This document shows positions 13,245 to 25,611 of a stretch of DNA of 64,000 nucleotides, piece by piece. This stretch comes from Vicugna vicugna. Its lineage: Eukaryota. The notes beneath the pieces are model-generated. The model was given only the letters and a program-made list of their open reading frames with translations, ran no database searches and was not told the DNA's origin. The DNA lies in NCBI GenBank assembly GCA_013265495.1, contig MU058718.1:1798001-1862000 (forward strand), written 5' to 3'. Positions within the stretch are counted from its first letter, which is position 1, and every line of letters starts with the position of its first letter. The position numbers and the translations under genes are program-made.

Positions 13245-15560
13245 TTTTGGATCTGGAGGATAGTGGCAACTGTCCAAATCTAAATCTCTCCACACAGTCT
13301 CCCAAAAAGCCATAGGCGCACATAATACATAAACCATATATGACTCACTTCAGCATTACTACAAGATAGACAATACCTTGAATTTTCAGTTACCTGTAAG
13401 TAAAGAAATAGCAAATTACAACCACTCCTGTTATTGCTATAAACCTCTGAATCTGGAGACTAGGACAAGGAGAGGCTGAAGAGACAGTGAAAAAAGAGAG
13501 GAAATCAGAAGTTAAAATGAAGCATAGAACCACCCTTAAAAGAAAATGTCCCCCACAAAACTGGCAAAATATGAACACAGGCCTGGGACTTAGTAATTCA
13601 TAGCACTAACTGTGGGGAAGGTGTGTGAAAGTGAGAGGGACTAGAAGTAGCAGCATCAGAGAAACATTGCTGGCGGGAGAGGAGAAAGGTGCCCTTAGAG
13701 CCATGGCAGTGAGAGGAAAGAATGAAGTAAAGAGAAAATTGAGAGTCCTGGAGAAATGAAAGAAAAGGCACACCAACCCAGTCTTCACCCCCAGCTACCA
13801 TCCCTACCATCACCACATCATCATCCATTAAAGGAGCTGCTCTTACTAATCTGCAGCAGCAAGCACTCTGGAACTAAGAACCATCCGTACAATGCTCAGG
13901 AATAGAAATAACTCAAATGCCATATATAGCTACTTTAAGAGGAATACAGAAAATGTGAATCAATGCATTTCCACTGATTAAAATCCCCCCCCAAACAAAC
14001 ACAAAACAAAGAAAAACTGTAAAACTTTAACGAAATAAAATATCCTCCAACAAACTTGTGGATATACTAATAGGACATTGATGAAAGGAATATTGATGTA
14101 AAAGGCATTGATTAAAGAAAGGAAAACAACCAGACAAAAAACAAGATAGTTGAAGTGCATTACCACAGGGAACAGTATAGCTCAGTGGTAGAGTGTGTGC
14201 TTAGCATGCCCAAGGTCCTGGGTTCAATCCCCAGCATCTCCAGTTAAAAATAAACTAATAAACCTAATTACCCCCCACAAAAAAACCCTAAGAATAAAAT
14301 TAATTTAAGAAATGCAATACAGGCAAAGGAAAACCCAACATAGTTATAATTGGAGTCTCTGAAGAAGAAAATCAGTGGAACAGAACTATTAAAACTATAA
14401 TCCAAGGAAACTTTTCAGAAGTAAGAGAAGACCTGAAATCTACATATTAAAAGAACCCACCTTGACAGATTGATCTAGAACAATGAACTCTGAGTCATAA
14501 ACTATTAGATTTTAAAGACTAGCAAAACTATAAGATTTTTAAAGGCAATTTTTTTTTCTGAGCCTCCTGGTAGGAAAAAAGATCACGTTACTAATAAAAA
14601 TAACTAGGCTTACATCAGACTTCTCAAGAACAATATACAGAGTAAGGCTACAGTAGAGCAGCATATTTTAAAACTCGGAGAAACAAAGTTCAGGCTAGCC
14701 AACCTGTCCTTCAAGGGCTGTAGATAAACAGTTTTGAACATGAAAGAATTTAGGAAATACTTAGAATTTAATATATTGTGGATCCAAGACCAAAACAGTA
14801 ATTGTTACACATTCTGACAAAGTAGGAAGAATAAAACTAAAAATAACTGGGTGAAGAGAGAAAAGGGAAAATATTGTAAGATCATTCCTTATTGTATAAG
14901 TAATAAATAGGAGTTTTGGATACCACTTAAAAGGGACAGACTAGGTAGTAAAAGGTTAATTAAACAAAAAAGATTTAGGACACTCTAAAATACATATGTG
15001 CACCCACATACATGTATGAAAGTAACCAGTGGTACCAAAAATGAAAATATTCCTAAATACCAAAAGATAATTTTTTAAAAACAAAAATACCAACTAGAGA
15101 AAGAAAGTATAAATAATAAAAGTGGTAATTATAGAAAAATAGAGTTCAAACGTATCAGCTGTATCAATAAGCATAGATGGGCTTAACTCACCTATTTAAA
15201 GAAAATTTTTCAGATGGATTTATAAAGCAAAATCCAATTCTGTGCTGTGTTAAAAGACATCTAAAACAGTGAAAAGGGTTAAAAATAAAGGGATATTTAA
15301 AAACATCACAGGCAAATGGAAACAATAGGAAAGCAGGGGGTTGTGATCTTGATAGAGTGAGGCAAAAAAATCATCAATAAACAAAATATGCTTTATAATA
15401 TTAAAAGCCATAATTCACAATGAATTTGTGTTTTTGAGTATCTATGCACCAAATAATATTGCAAACACCTGGCTATAGCAGAATTGCTGTAGCAGGATAT
15501 GTGGTAATGCAAGAAGAAATAGAAACACACAACAGGAGATTTTTAATATATCACAGAACA
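13245..15560 (+). mobile_element. Degenerate old L1M 5' portion (5'UTR, ORF1 remnant, start of ORF2 endonuclease)
   Basis: ataattggagtctctgaagaaga...catcagacttctca ORF1 motifs; atgggcttaactcacctatttaaaga endonuclease start; no intact ORF. Confidence 0.7.
14168..14300 (+). mobile_element. tRNA-derived SINE (Vic-1-like) inserted in old L1
   Basis: A box tagctcagtgg, B box ggttcaatccc, tail aataaacctaattacccccc. Confidence 0.85.
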
Positions 15561-15569
15561 AGTCTGATA

Positions 15570-16150
15570 CAAGATGTTTCAGGATCACCTAGTAAATTTC
15601 TTGTTTCAAACCTGAAATTAGCCATTTCTTTCAGGACTCCTGGTTTCTTTTAGTGGGAAATAGTATCTAGAGATCACGATCTTTATATCAGGAGTGATTA
15701 CTTATACTGGATTGGTCTTTATTTCTGGACATTTTCAGTAGACAAAGCTTAGAATTTTTTTTAAGGAAAAAATATACCATTAGTTCATGCTGACTGTTTC
15801 CAGTTGAAATTTAAAGTACAGTTTTTATTACTTTGAATTTTATGTTTGTATGATTTAGTACTTGTGTTAAAAATCTTGGCTTCTAATTATATTAACAAAA
15901 CTAATATATCCATTTTAGTCTGCAGTTTGAAACTAACAATACCAATACTATTACAGTTATTAACAATTATAACAGTGTAGCTACTGCAAAAGGTTTAAGA
16001 TATGTTTGCAGTTCCTTTTGTCCAGAGAATATATCCTAAAATGTATATACAAATTGCTGTGTTTGGGATCTCCTTGAAGTAATTTCCCCATATGTGACTA
16101 AACCACCAACTCTACATAATTAGCTTCATTTTTTTTCATTTTGTTTTTTA
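15570..16150 (-). mobile_element. L1MC-like 3' fragment
   Basis: gccatttctttcaggactcctggtttcttttagtgggaaatagtatctagaga. Confidence 0.7.
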
Positions 16151-16825
16151 TTTTTAGGGTTTTGTTGTTTCCATTTTATCTTTCCTTTTTTTAATTTTAA
16201 AAGATTGGAGATAGCTTAGCTGATAGTTTATTTTAAATAAATAAACAGCAACTAAAAATCTTAGGCCTATGGGAGAGTGTTTAATAAAAGAAATGTTCAA
16301 TTGTTCAAAAAATTTTTTCTCAACTTTTTCCTAAAATGGGTAAGGAATTTATTGTAATTAAAGGTTTCATTTATTTTTGTATACTCACTGGGAACCCTTG
16401 ACCTCCAAGGCAGCCCTAAAAAGTGTACCATGCTACTATGATACACACTATTTCTAAACTACTTCTGGAAATTGATATCAATGTTTTCTGAGATGTTGGA
16501 ACTATCGCCAGAGTTTTGCATGAAATTTGTCAACCCATTGACCTACTAATTTTGGTTATATGGGGCCTCCGTTCTATAGATAACTGGTCTCCCTTTTTAA
16601 TGCCAAAGCAACTTTTATGTGCAATATTTAATACAAGTAAAATTATATGCTAAAAAAATTATACCCTGTGGCTTGAAACCTGAAATGTAAAACTTTAAAT
16701 GATTCTAATGGGTCACAAAAGTCCGTTTTTGCCACAGCAGCAGCAAAATACAGAATTGTAGTTACTGTGTCACTTCCTTGGAGGTTGGATCCTAAAATGT
16801 TTAATTCTGTGATTTCTCTTTTCAG

Positions 16826-16999
16826 AGGCCGATAAAATACCAGTAATGCGTGGACAGTGGTTTATTGATGGTACTTGGCAGCCGCTAGAAGAAGAAGAAA
16901 GTAATAAAATTGAGCAGGAACATCTTAGCTGTTTTAGAGGTCAGCAGATGCAGGAAAATTTTGATATTGAAGTGTCAAAACCCATAGATGGAAAAGATG
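16826..16999 (+). CDS. DDHD1: DDHD1 coding exon 2 (174 nt, phase 1-1)
   Basis: ttttcag|AG...GATG|gtaaga; translates xADKIPVMRGQWFIDGTWQPLEEEESNKIEQEHLSCFRGQQMQENFDIEVSKPIDGKD, recognisable as DDHD1. Confidence 0.97.
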
Positions 17000-17637
17000 G
17001 TAAGACCAATTAATACACTTATTGTTTTGTAAACCAAGTAAGTTGTCGATAACGTTTAGAGTAGTTCCTAAGTTTGACATAGTAATTCAGAAGTGTTAGA
17101 ATTTATGAAATTTCTGATTATTTCAAATATTTAATTATTATTTTAGAATTTAAAACTGCTTTGAATTTCTGAACTATTTCAGTTTTTATTTTACTGAATG
17201 TGTATGTTCATTGGCATGATGCTAACATGATTTACTGTAAGTGTACAAATTGTTATAATGTGTTCTCTGAATTAGTCCTTTTTAGTAGTCCTTTATTTTA
17301 GTTATCAAAGAGAAATGAACTTAGAAAATATCCCTTGTCATTAAATCAAAAGAGCAGTTTTGTTAATATTTTAATGTTGGTTCTTTTTGTGAAGTTTAAA
17401 AAATTAATTTCCTTTGTGTAAGGGCCTATTAGCTGTCTCCATATTGATAAGCATATCAGCCTTTAATTTGAAACAATCTCCTTATATTTCCTTATTCAGC
17501 ATTTGGATATGTTTACAATAGTTTAAAATATTTGCATATTAGCCAAGATTGTCGTGTTTCGTTATGTGTATGATCTTGAGTAAAACTCAAAATATGTGGT
17601 AAAGTTAAAAATACTTCTATTGTTCCATTTACTGCAG

Positions 17638-17658
17638 GCAGTGGGATCAACTATTCTG
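17638..17658 (+). CDS. DDHD1: DDHD1 alternative 21-nt microexon (GSGINYS)
   Basis: ccatttactgcag|GCAGTGGGATCAACTATTCTG|gtgagt; phase 1-1 and in frame; matches a 7-aa insert I recall from a human isoform. Confidence 0.9.
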
Positions 17659-18381
17659 GTGAGTATAACAGTACAGGTAGATTAGAATTTGTAGATTTCT
17701 TTAATTTTTTTTTTCCCTATAAGTGTTTCTTCACCCCTGTTTGCCTTTGTTTGGGAAGTTTCTTGGCAAGCCCTACTTAATCTAGTGAATTAAACTATGA
17801 ATTAGGTGATTTTCTCCTTCCCCTTGTAAAACATCTCTAAAGCAGAAAAACTCAGTATTGATCAAGTAATTCACAGTGCAGTTTGGAAAAAGTGAACTAT
17901 GTAGTTGGAAGCAATTGTTTATATAATGGCAGAAAAATGAGTTTTAAATTGGCTTATTTTTTCTTATTGTTAGTAACATTCCAAGTGTTTTCTCTCTTCT
18001 ATTCTTACTTTTCTCTCTCTCAACACTTACACATACCCCACAAGCAGGGAAACTGTACAGTTTAGCTTATACCTAGTTAAAATTATCTTTTATATCTTTA
18101 AAAGTCTACATAACTGAGGAAAGATGTGACTTCTGAATAAATAGTAGTTGTTCAGTCTAACAAATATATGTAATAATAGTTGTCTGTTGTGTACCAGATA
18201 CTATTCTCCAGGAATTTTAAATATCTCATTTTCCTAATCTGTAGAGTAAGATATGGTCTTATTTCACTGTAAAATACAAGCTCAGGGTTCTTACATATCA
18301 ATATGAAAAGAGCAGTTCGTTATCGACAGAGCAGAGCAGTATCTACATTCCTGCAGATTGTCATAAAGATAATACTTTGTT

Positions 18382-18508
18382 GGGGGGGTATAGTACAGTG
18401 GTAGAGTGCGATGCTTAGTATGCACGAGGTCCTGGGCTCAGTCCCTAGTACCTCCATTAAAAAAAATAGATAAATAAATAAACCTAATGACCCTCCCCCC
18501 CAAAAAAC
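18382..18508 (+). mobile_element. tRNA-derived SINE (Vic-1-like) with ~17-bp TSD
   Basis: gtatagtacagtggtagagtg...gaggtcctggg; flanks AAAGATAATACTTTGTT (18365-18381) and AAAGATAAGACTTTGGTT (18509-18526). Confidence 0.88.
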
Positions 18509-20089
18509 AAAGATAAGACTTTGGTTAAAGCACAAATAGCAGATTTTGTATGTATATGATCTTTTATTAGTGCCTGAAGTATTTTGTAACCTCTCATCAC
18601 CACCATCAAAATAGTTACAAAAGCCTATTTGATGGTATTTGAGAGATTGGATTTTTTTCATGATTTTATTGCTACTGGAGGAGGCTGAATTCTGGAATTT
18701 TTCCTTTCTATTAATTCTCCTTAATGTCTTGCATCAAAAATGGCAGTTCACTTTAACAGTCCCAGTTTATCCACCCAAATTCTTTACTATTTGCATGAAA
18801 AATAACCCAAGAGCTTGAAGGAGGAAAGGGATGAATGTGAAAAATAAAAATATAAGTAGATTGTCCCCCTTTCTCGTATTGTGTTCAGAACATTTCTTTT
18901 CCACTTGCTGATTCATCCTGTGGGAGTTAGTCATCAGCTGTTTTATCTCTAGATCCCGTCTACTTGGAATCTTCTATTACAATAAAAGTTTGAATTTCAT
19001 GTGTCCTTTTTATTTTCATTCCTTACTAAAATGTTAAATGGAGCAGCATACTTCAGTTTTCTTCAAAGCACCCTAATTTTATAAGCCAGGTAGTAAAATA
19101 ACTCTGATAAAAGAACGTGGTTTATTTATATGAGTAGATTTTTTCAATACGTCTTTGAGTCTATGTCAATTCTAGAGTTTCAATCTAGGATATTATAGTA
19201 ATATTTTTTTCCAGCTTTAAAAATATATATTGAATGATAGAATTCTACTTAGTAATAATAGAAAATGTTTAATACTTTTATGGAAAAGAACGCTTTTGTA
19301 TTGTGATCTTTCAAAATGATCATTCTTTGAGGTTCATTAGAAAAAAATTTAAGTTTTTAAATATACTGTGACAGATAGGTGGAGCATCAGCATGTTTTAT
19401 TATTGACAAAGATGGTAAGTTTGATTCAGTGTTGATACTGTTGCATGAATTTCCAGCCATTTTATTTGTCATTCAGTATTATGTAAAACATACATTTATG
19501 TGTAAAAATGTGACTTTTGACTTTAAAGATGATGAGAAATTCTGTAGTATACTTGAAAATTATCACCGGTCTTAAGGAAAGAACATTTGCTGTCCAAAAA
19601 GCCACCATTGTTGGAAAAATAACTCCAATTTACAATACAAAGATAACAAATACTATAATCTTTTGATTATTTTGCTGCTTACCTCCAAGCTTCTGAAGTT
19701 TCATATTTTGTTAATTTGAAGGGGAAGAATAGCTTTTCCACCTAAATTTTCTCATGTATAAGGATAAAGGCTCGATTCTTCATATTGCTAGAAGACTCGG
19801 AGTGCTTGCTTGTGCAGATAGTACTGTTGCTAGGCACCTCTGTGAAAGAAGCAGAGTTTTGATCCTCAGAGTTTTAAACCTATTGGGATGACAAAGCTGA
19901 CAGATGAGAAGTTACCAACAGTTAAGTGCAAGATGACACAGTAGACAGTGCACATCATATGTTCTGAAAAGGGATGTAAAATAAAGTTGGCAATCACAGT
20001 GCAGTGGAGTTACTTAAATGAGGCTTTCTGGAAAAATCCCATTTGATAATTTAAAACATTTTGAAATATATTTAAGAACTCTTTTTTAA

Positions 20090-20314
20090 AAAACACTGAA
20101 AGAAGCAGACTACAAAAGAAAGACTTGCAGACACAGTAAACAATCTTATTGTTACCAGGGAAAGGGGGTGGGAAGGGATAAATTTAGGAGTTTGAGATTT
20201 GCAAATGTTAACTAATATATATAAAAATAGATAAAAAACAAATTTCTTCTGTATGGCGCAGTGAACTATATTCAAATTTTATAATAACCTTAATGAAAAG
20301 AATATGAAAACGAC

Positions 20315-20396
<82 letters not shown>

Positions 20397-20497
20397 TGCA
20401 TGACTGGGACATTATGCTGTACATCAGAAATTGACACATTGTAACTTACTATACTTCAATAAAATAAATAAATTTAATTAATTAATTTTGAAAAAAA
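20090..20497 (+). mobile_element. Young L1 3' end containing a compound microsatellite
   Basis: gggaagggataaatttaggagtttgag...tatacttcaataaaa; TSD-like aactctttt(t)taa on both sides. Confidence 0.85.
20315..20394. repeat. Compound (TG)n(TA)n(CA)n microsatellite
   Basis: Read directly. Confidence 0.95.
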
Positions 20498-21029
20498 GAA
20501 AACTCTTTTTAAGTGCTCTGGGGAATTCCTAAGAAACTAAACAGAGTTCTTGCCTTGAAGGTCAGTAAAATAAAATACAAATTCCTTCTGACCTTATCTT
20601 GTCTTGATTAGGGTAACTGTAGCCACAAATACACTGGATATATTTATTATTTTCTCTGTGTTAATTTTCCTACTAATCTTAAAGTAAGCATTGGATGAAA
20701 AGGATTGATCAAAGTTCAGCATAGCTCTTTATCATGTAAAGGTAACCCCCCAAAATATAATCATTTTTATTATTTTGCTTTCATCTTCTCTGAGAATTAA
20801 AAAATGATTCTCTTCCCAACCCACCTCCTAGGCTAAGAAGCATTTATCCAGCACCATAACAAATGAAAGCCTAGAAGTTCACTGGGGAGAAATCATACAA
20901 ATAAAATCAGGCCTTCAAATAAGTAATTTTATAAATACCTAAGCTTAGTACTAGAGTAGTACCTCACTTATTTTATAATTTTTCTATCCAAGCAGTAATG
21001 AGTAAAAAATGGTTGAACCAAATGGGTTA

Positions 21030-21525
21030 GTCCTGCACCTCCCTCTGGTCAAAAAATGGATAACCTCAATCCAATTATGAGAAGACATCAGACAGACTCC
21101 AATTGAGGGACATTCTACAAAATAACTGACCAGTATTCTTTAAAAGTGTCCAAGTCATAATTAACTAGATGGGGGACCCTTTCACAGTGTGTATCAGATC
21201 ACCACAGTGTACACTTTAACTATCTTATAATTTTGTCAGTTGTACCTCAGTAAAGATAAAAAAAATTTGTGTCAAGGTCATGAAAGACAAGGAAGGACTG
21301 AGGAATTTGCCATAGTTTAGGGGAAACTAAGGAAACACAACAGAATTCAACTTGGCGCCCTGGATTGGATCCTAGAACAGAAAAGAACATTGATAGAAAA
21401 ACTGGAGAAATCTGAATATAGTCAGTATTTTAGTCAATAGTATTGTACCAGTGTTAATTTCTTAGTTTTGATAATGGTACTATAGTTATGCTAACATTAG
21501 GAGAAGCTGGATGAAGGAGATATAC

Positions 21526-21560
<35 letters not shown>

Positions 21561-21645
21561 CACATACACATATATATGTATATAATAACTCTCAACTATT
21601 TTTGCACTTTTCTGTAGGTTGAAAATTATTCCACAATAAAAAGTT
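21030..21645 (+). mobile_element. L1MC-like 3' fragments with internal (CA)n at ~21524-21570
   Basis: catcagacagactccaattgagggacattctacaaaataactgacc...gaaaattattccacaataaaaagtt. Confidence 0.75.
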
Positions 21646-21687
21646 GTTTTGTTTTTTCTTAAGGCTAGTAGAGGAATTAAAATAGTA

Positions 21688-21737
<50 letters not shown>
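21688..21737. repeat. (AAT)n microsatellite, about 16 units
   Basis: Read directly. Confidence 0.95.
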
Positions 21738-21739
<2 letters not shown>

Positions 21740-24477
21740 CCAAAAGAAAGAACAAAAAGAGAAATAAGAATACAGATGGAACAAAGAAAATAAATGCGAA
21801 ATGGTAGACCTAAACTCATGCATATCAAAAACTATAGTAAATACAAGTGAACTAACACTCCTTTTAAAAGGCAGAAATTGACAGATTTGTTAGGAATGCA
21901 AGATACAACTACAGAGGAGTTACACTCAATATAAAGTTACAGGCTGAAAGTAAAAACAAAGGACTTAACTGTTCAAGTTAATCTGGGGTGCTATGACACC
22001 ACAAATGTTGGTGGATCTCTAAAGATTTACAACATTTAACAATTTGGCATATAGTGTATATTTCTATCACTACTCCTGAATAAAGATATCCCAAACTGTG
22101 AATATATCATTTCAGAAGTCAGAAAGGTGATGAAGAGGAAGAGGGTGTTAACCCTTTCTTACCAGCTTTTCTTTTACTGTCTTTGGTGACTGAGAGGATT
22201 CCTACCTTCTAGCTTTTAGTTACTAATTTTTATAAATTTATTTAATTTCTCTGAAGCTCTAAAAGATGTACAGGTGTTTTCTCATAGTTGGGCAAGCCTC
22301 CTTCCCCTGAAATTGAGATTATCCAAGTTGCCAGCTTTTATAAAGGGAAAAGCTATAGAGTTGTTCTGTTCTACAGATTAGTATATCATCAGCAACCCCC
22401 TTTTTTGATGCTTTAGGAATTATATAATGAAGAACATTTCTTTAAGAGATGAATGCTAGTAAGGAAGTTTATTGAAAACACTGTTTTAGTACTTTAAATC
22501 TTTTTCATTTCTGTGTAAGACCTTAAAACATAATGAAAATTTTTATTGTGTTAGCATTTTCAGTTGTATTTTGCATTTATGCATACTTTTGCTAACACTA
22601 TATAAGAATTCTTAGCTAAACGTTATTTTAGTGACCTTTGTTTGGAATGATAGTAAACCCTTTTTGTCCCCACTGTACTAACTAATGGTGGTTCCCCTAA
22701 TTTGCTTCGGGTTGAAAAAAATTAACCTCTCTGCTACAGAATGTTATAACAAAGCAAATGATTTTCAAGTGAAAATAAGAATTAAATTTGAGAAGAAGGT
22801 AAAGAACCATGTCTATTTAATTTTGTGAAAATGTTTTAAATAAATGTTTATCTGATTTTTGTATATTGTATTTGTCTTTTTGTTAGTCCTTAAATTATAC
22901 TATTCCTTCAGGAAAAAAGTTTTTACTTTTTGTGTCTTGACTAGTTTTTAGAAAGTGTTTATGTAATTGTAAAGTGTAATCAGATGGTCCATATGTTTCT
23001 CATTAGTTCTTTTAATAAATACGGAATTGTTATATGTTAGTTTTACTAGTAGATTTATAAAATTGAGGTTTTGCTTGAATAGTAAAGTCTCAAATTTATG
23101 CCAAATTTGATCTGCTTGGATATGTTAGCTTTTTCCTAATAATTTTTTGGTTAAAAAATGTTTCCTGCAAATGGTACCTCTTTACTCCTCAGTAACTGAC
23201 CAGAAGGCACATGAAAGAAGGAATATGTTCAGTGAAGAAAATTGCTTTGGTTGTCACTTTCCACACCTCTATGACAATGAACTGTTTTTATAATCCTGAT
23301 GTTATAGCCCAGCTTTTAATCCTTGTCAGTACTTTTTTATAATTAACTAATTACATTTAAAGGTATTACGTGTCTTGTAAGCATTTCTCAGTTATCATTA
23401 TCACGTATCTTTAAATATACTTTATCTATATATACAACAGGTTTTTAAAAAAAATTTGTAGTACTGTACAACAAGAATTAGGTATTGAACCTTTGAATGT
23501 CACATTAATGTAGAAGGGAGTGAGGATGAAAATCAAATGTGTTAAAATATAAATTTGAACCAAATTATAAAATTCTGTGATTCATTAACTGAATTGTTAA
23601 GAAACTGATTTATAAGATTCAATTTTAAGTGAATTTTTTAAATAATTGCTTATTTAAAATGTAAAGAAATTTATTGATACATAACTAGCAATATTTGAGA
23701 GGGAAAATGTTGTCTTTAAGGTTATCTACATTTGCCAAATAACAAGTCTATGTCTGGCTTTACTCTGTGTTATGCTTTCAGGATGTCACAGCATACATTT
23801 TTTACTAATGACTTTTTTTTGTCATTCTGTCACTAATAAATCTTTCATTATTTTATCACTGATAAATCAGTTCAAAGTTTAATTTTGAGGGGGAAGTTTC
23901 ATTTTTTTAAAGTATTTTAACAACTTAGAGTTGTGAAAAGAATGTTTTGTTTCTGTGGCAAGACTCTATTACACTTCAGTGTAACAGAGGGAAAGCATCT
24001 AGCGGAATGTATACTGTGGTATCAGGAAGGCTGCATTAGATATTTTAAATGTTACTGCATTTTCAGTTTGCACATCAGATGTTGGCTGTGTCATAGTCAC
24101 AAATTTGATGAGAGTAAATAACCTTAGTATTGTAAAGATGGAGTTTATAAATTTCTTAAGCATACAAAAATGCCACATTCGATTTTTTTAATCCTATCTA
24201 TACAAAGGCATTAAAAACGGTGATCACATAGTTGTCTTTAGCTGATTCATTTAGGTATCATTTGCCTTTTTACTTTCAGTAGAAGTAGAGCATATATTTG
24301 ATGAACATTATTGAACTATTTTGCTTCACTGATTTTTAATTAGAAATTATAGAAATAAGCATTTAGAATAATGTTTGTCAAATACAACTCATTTTTTTTA
24401 AGTTAATGTAGCAAAAAGGCAAAATGGCAGACCTCATTTAAAATTTACTTTGAAGCTCAGTGTTTTTGCTTTCTTAG

Positions 24478-24579
24478 TTGTCTACCACCTCCCTCCCTTC
24501 TCCCTCCCTTCTCTGTTCAAATGGAGAGGATTTAAGGAGAGTACAGATGCAGCAGGTCTTAAACGAAAGCGTTCCCAAG
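24478..24579 (+). CDS. DDHD1: Candidate DDHD1 cassette exon (102 nt, 34 aa)
   Basis: tttttgctttcttag|TTG...CAAG|gtacag; phase 1-1, stop-free: VVYHLPPFSLPSLFKWRGFKESTDAAGLKRKRSQ. Confidence 0.65.
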
Positions 24580-25611
24580 GTACAGTAATTGTAGTTTTAT
24601 TTCTCCATGTAGTTATATTCCTGGCTTGTAGCATTCAGTTGTGTTTATAGCATTCAGTTGTATTTAGAGCATAGAAATTACTAGTTTTTTAGAAATATTC
24701 CCATTGTGTTATTTTGCTTAGTGTTAATTATAAGTGGTGTGAACACTTGTAAATGATGTATATAGTCTGATAATGAGATATTCACCAATATTAAGATGTT
24801 TTACTCTAAGACAGCATGTGGATGATTTAGGGGGGAATGAAGTTTTGTTGGCTTAACACTATTCTCTTAATATCTTGGTCTTGTAATGTTAATGTTTTAA
24901 GCATATGTTGCTCAAAATTATTTTGACAAAAATGTGGTTTTGAAACATTAAGTTAAACAGTAAGTCGAAATACTGACGTGGATCAGACAGAGAATTAGAA
25001 AAGTAAATCATTGTTAAAATCTTGCAAAAGATTTTTTTAATTTATGAAAAGTCCTTTTATTTAAAAAGCTGAGTTTGTACATTGGTTTTATGTTTTGTTT
25101 GCAACTGAAGATATTATTCATGTTTGTTATGTTAATTACATCTCAGTCTTATGTTAAATGTTAGTAATGTATCCTGGCAGGTAAGTAAGATAAAAACTGG
25201 TTTTTCATAAATTTTTGAAATGGCATTTATAACATGACTAAGAAGTACATTTTCCTAGAAAGTATTTGCTTTTCTCTGCCTTTTAGTAGGGAATAGATTT
25301 TCACAAAAATGTCTTAGGATCTTAGATCTTGATCAGGACTGTGTCCTTTCATATTTAGCTTGAAGTTATTTTCAGCCCATCTACAAATCAGAATTGTTGG
25401 ACTCTGCCACTAAGTAGCTTTGTGGCAAGTCACTTAATTTCTTGATATCTCTGCATCTTTATATATAATGGGGGACAATATTTTGCTTAAAGAGGATTTT
25501 AAGAAAGTAAATTAGGCATGGTGATTTAACAGTGCCTGATTTTCTGAAGGTGAGTATGTGAATTTTTCTTACCCTTGTACCAGAGATAAAGAGGAAAACT
25601 TTAAATCCTTA

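Noticed and set aside
743..16800. Many 60-100 aa ORFs in intron 1
   Set aside because: No recognisable protein similarity; several overlap LTR, L1 or MIR remnants; expected by chance.
21486..21828. Poly-Leu and poly-Ile ORFs
   Set aside because: Translation artefacts of the (AAT)n and (CA)n microsatellites.
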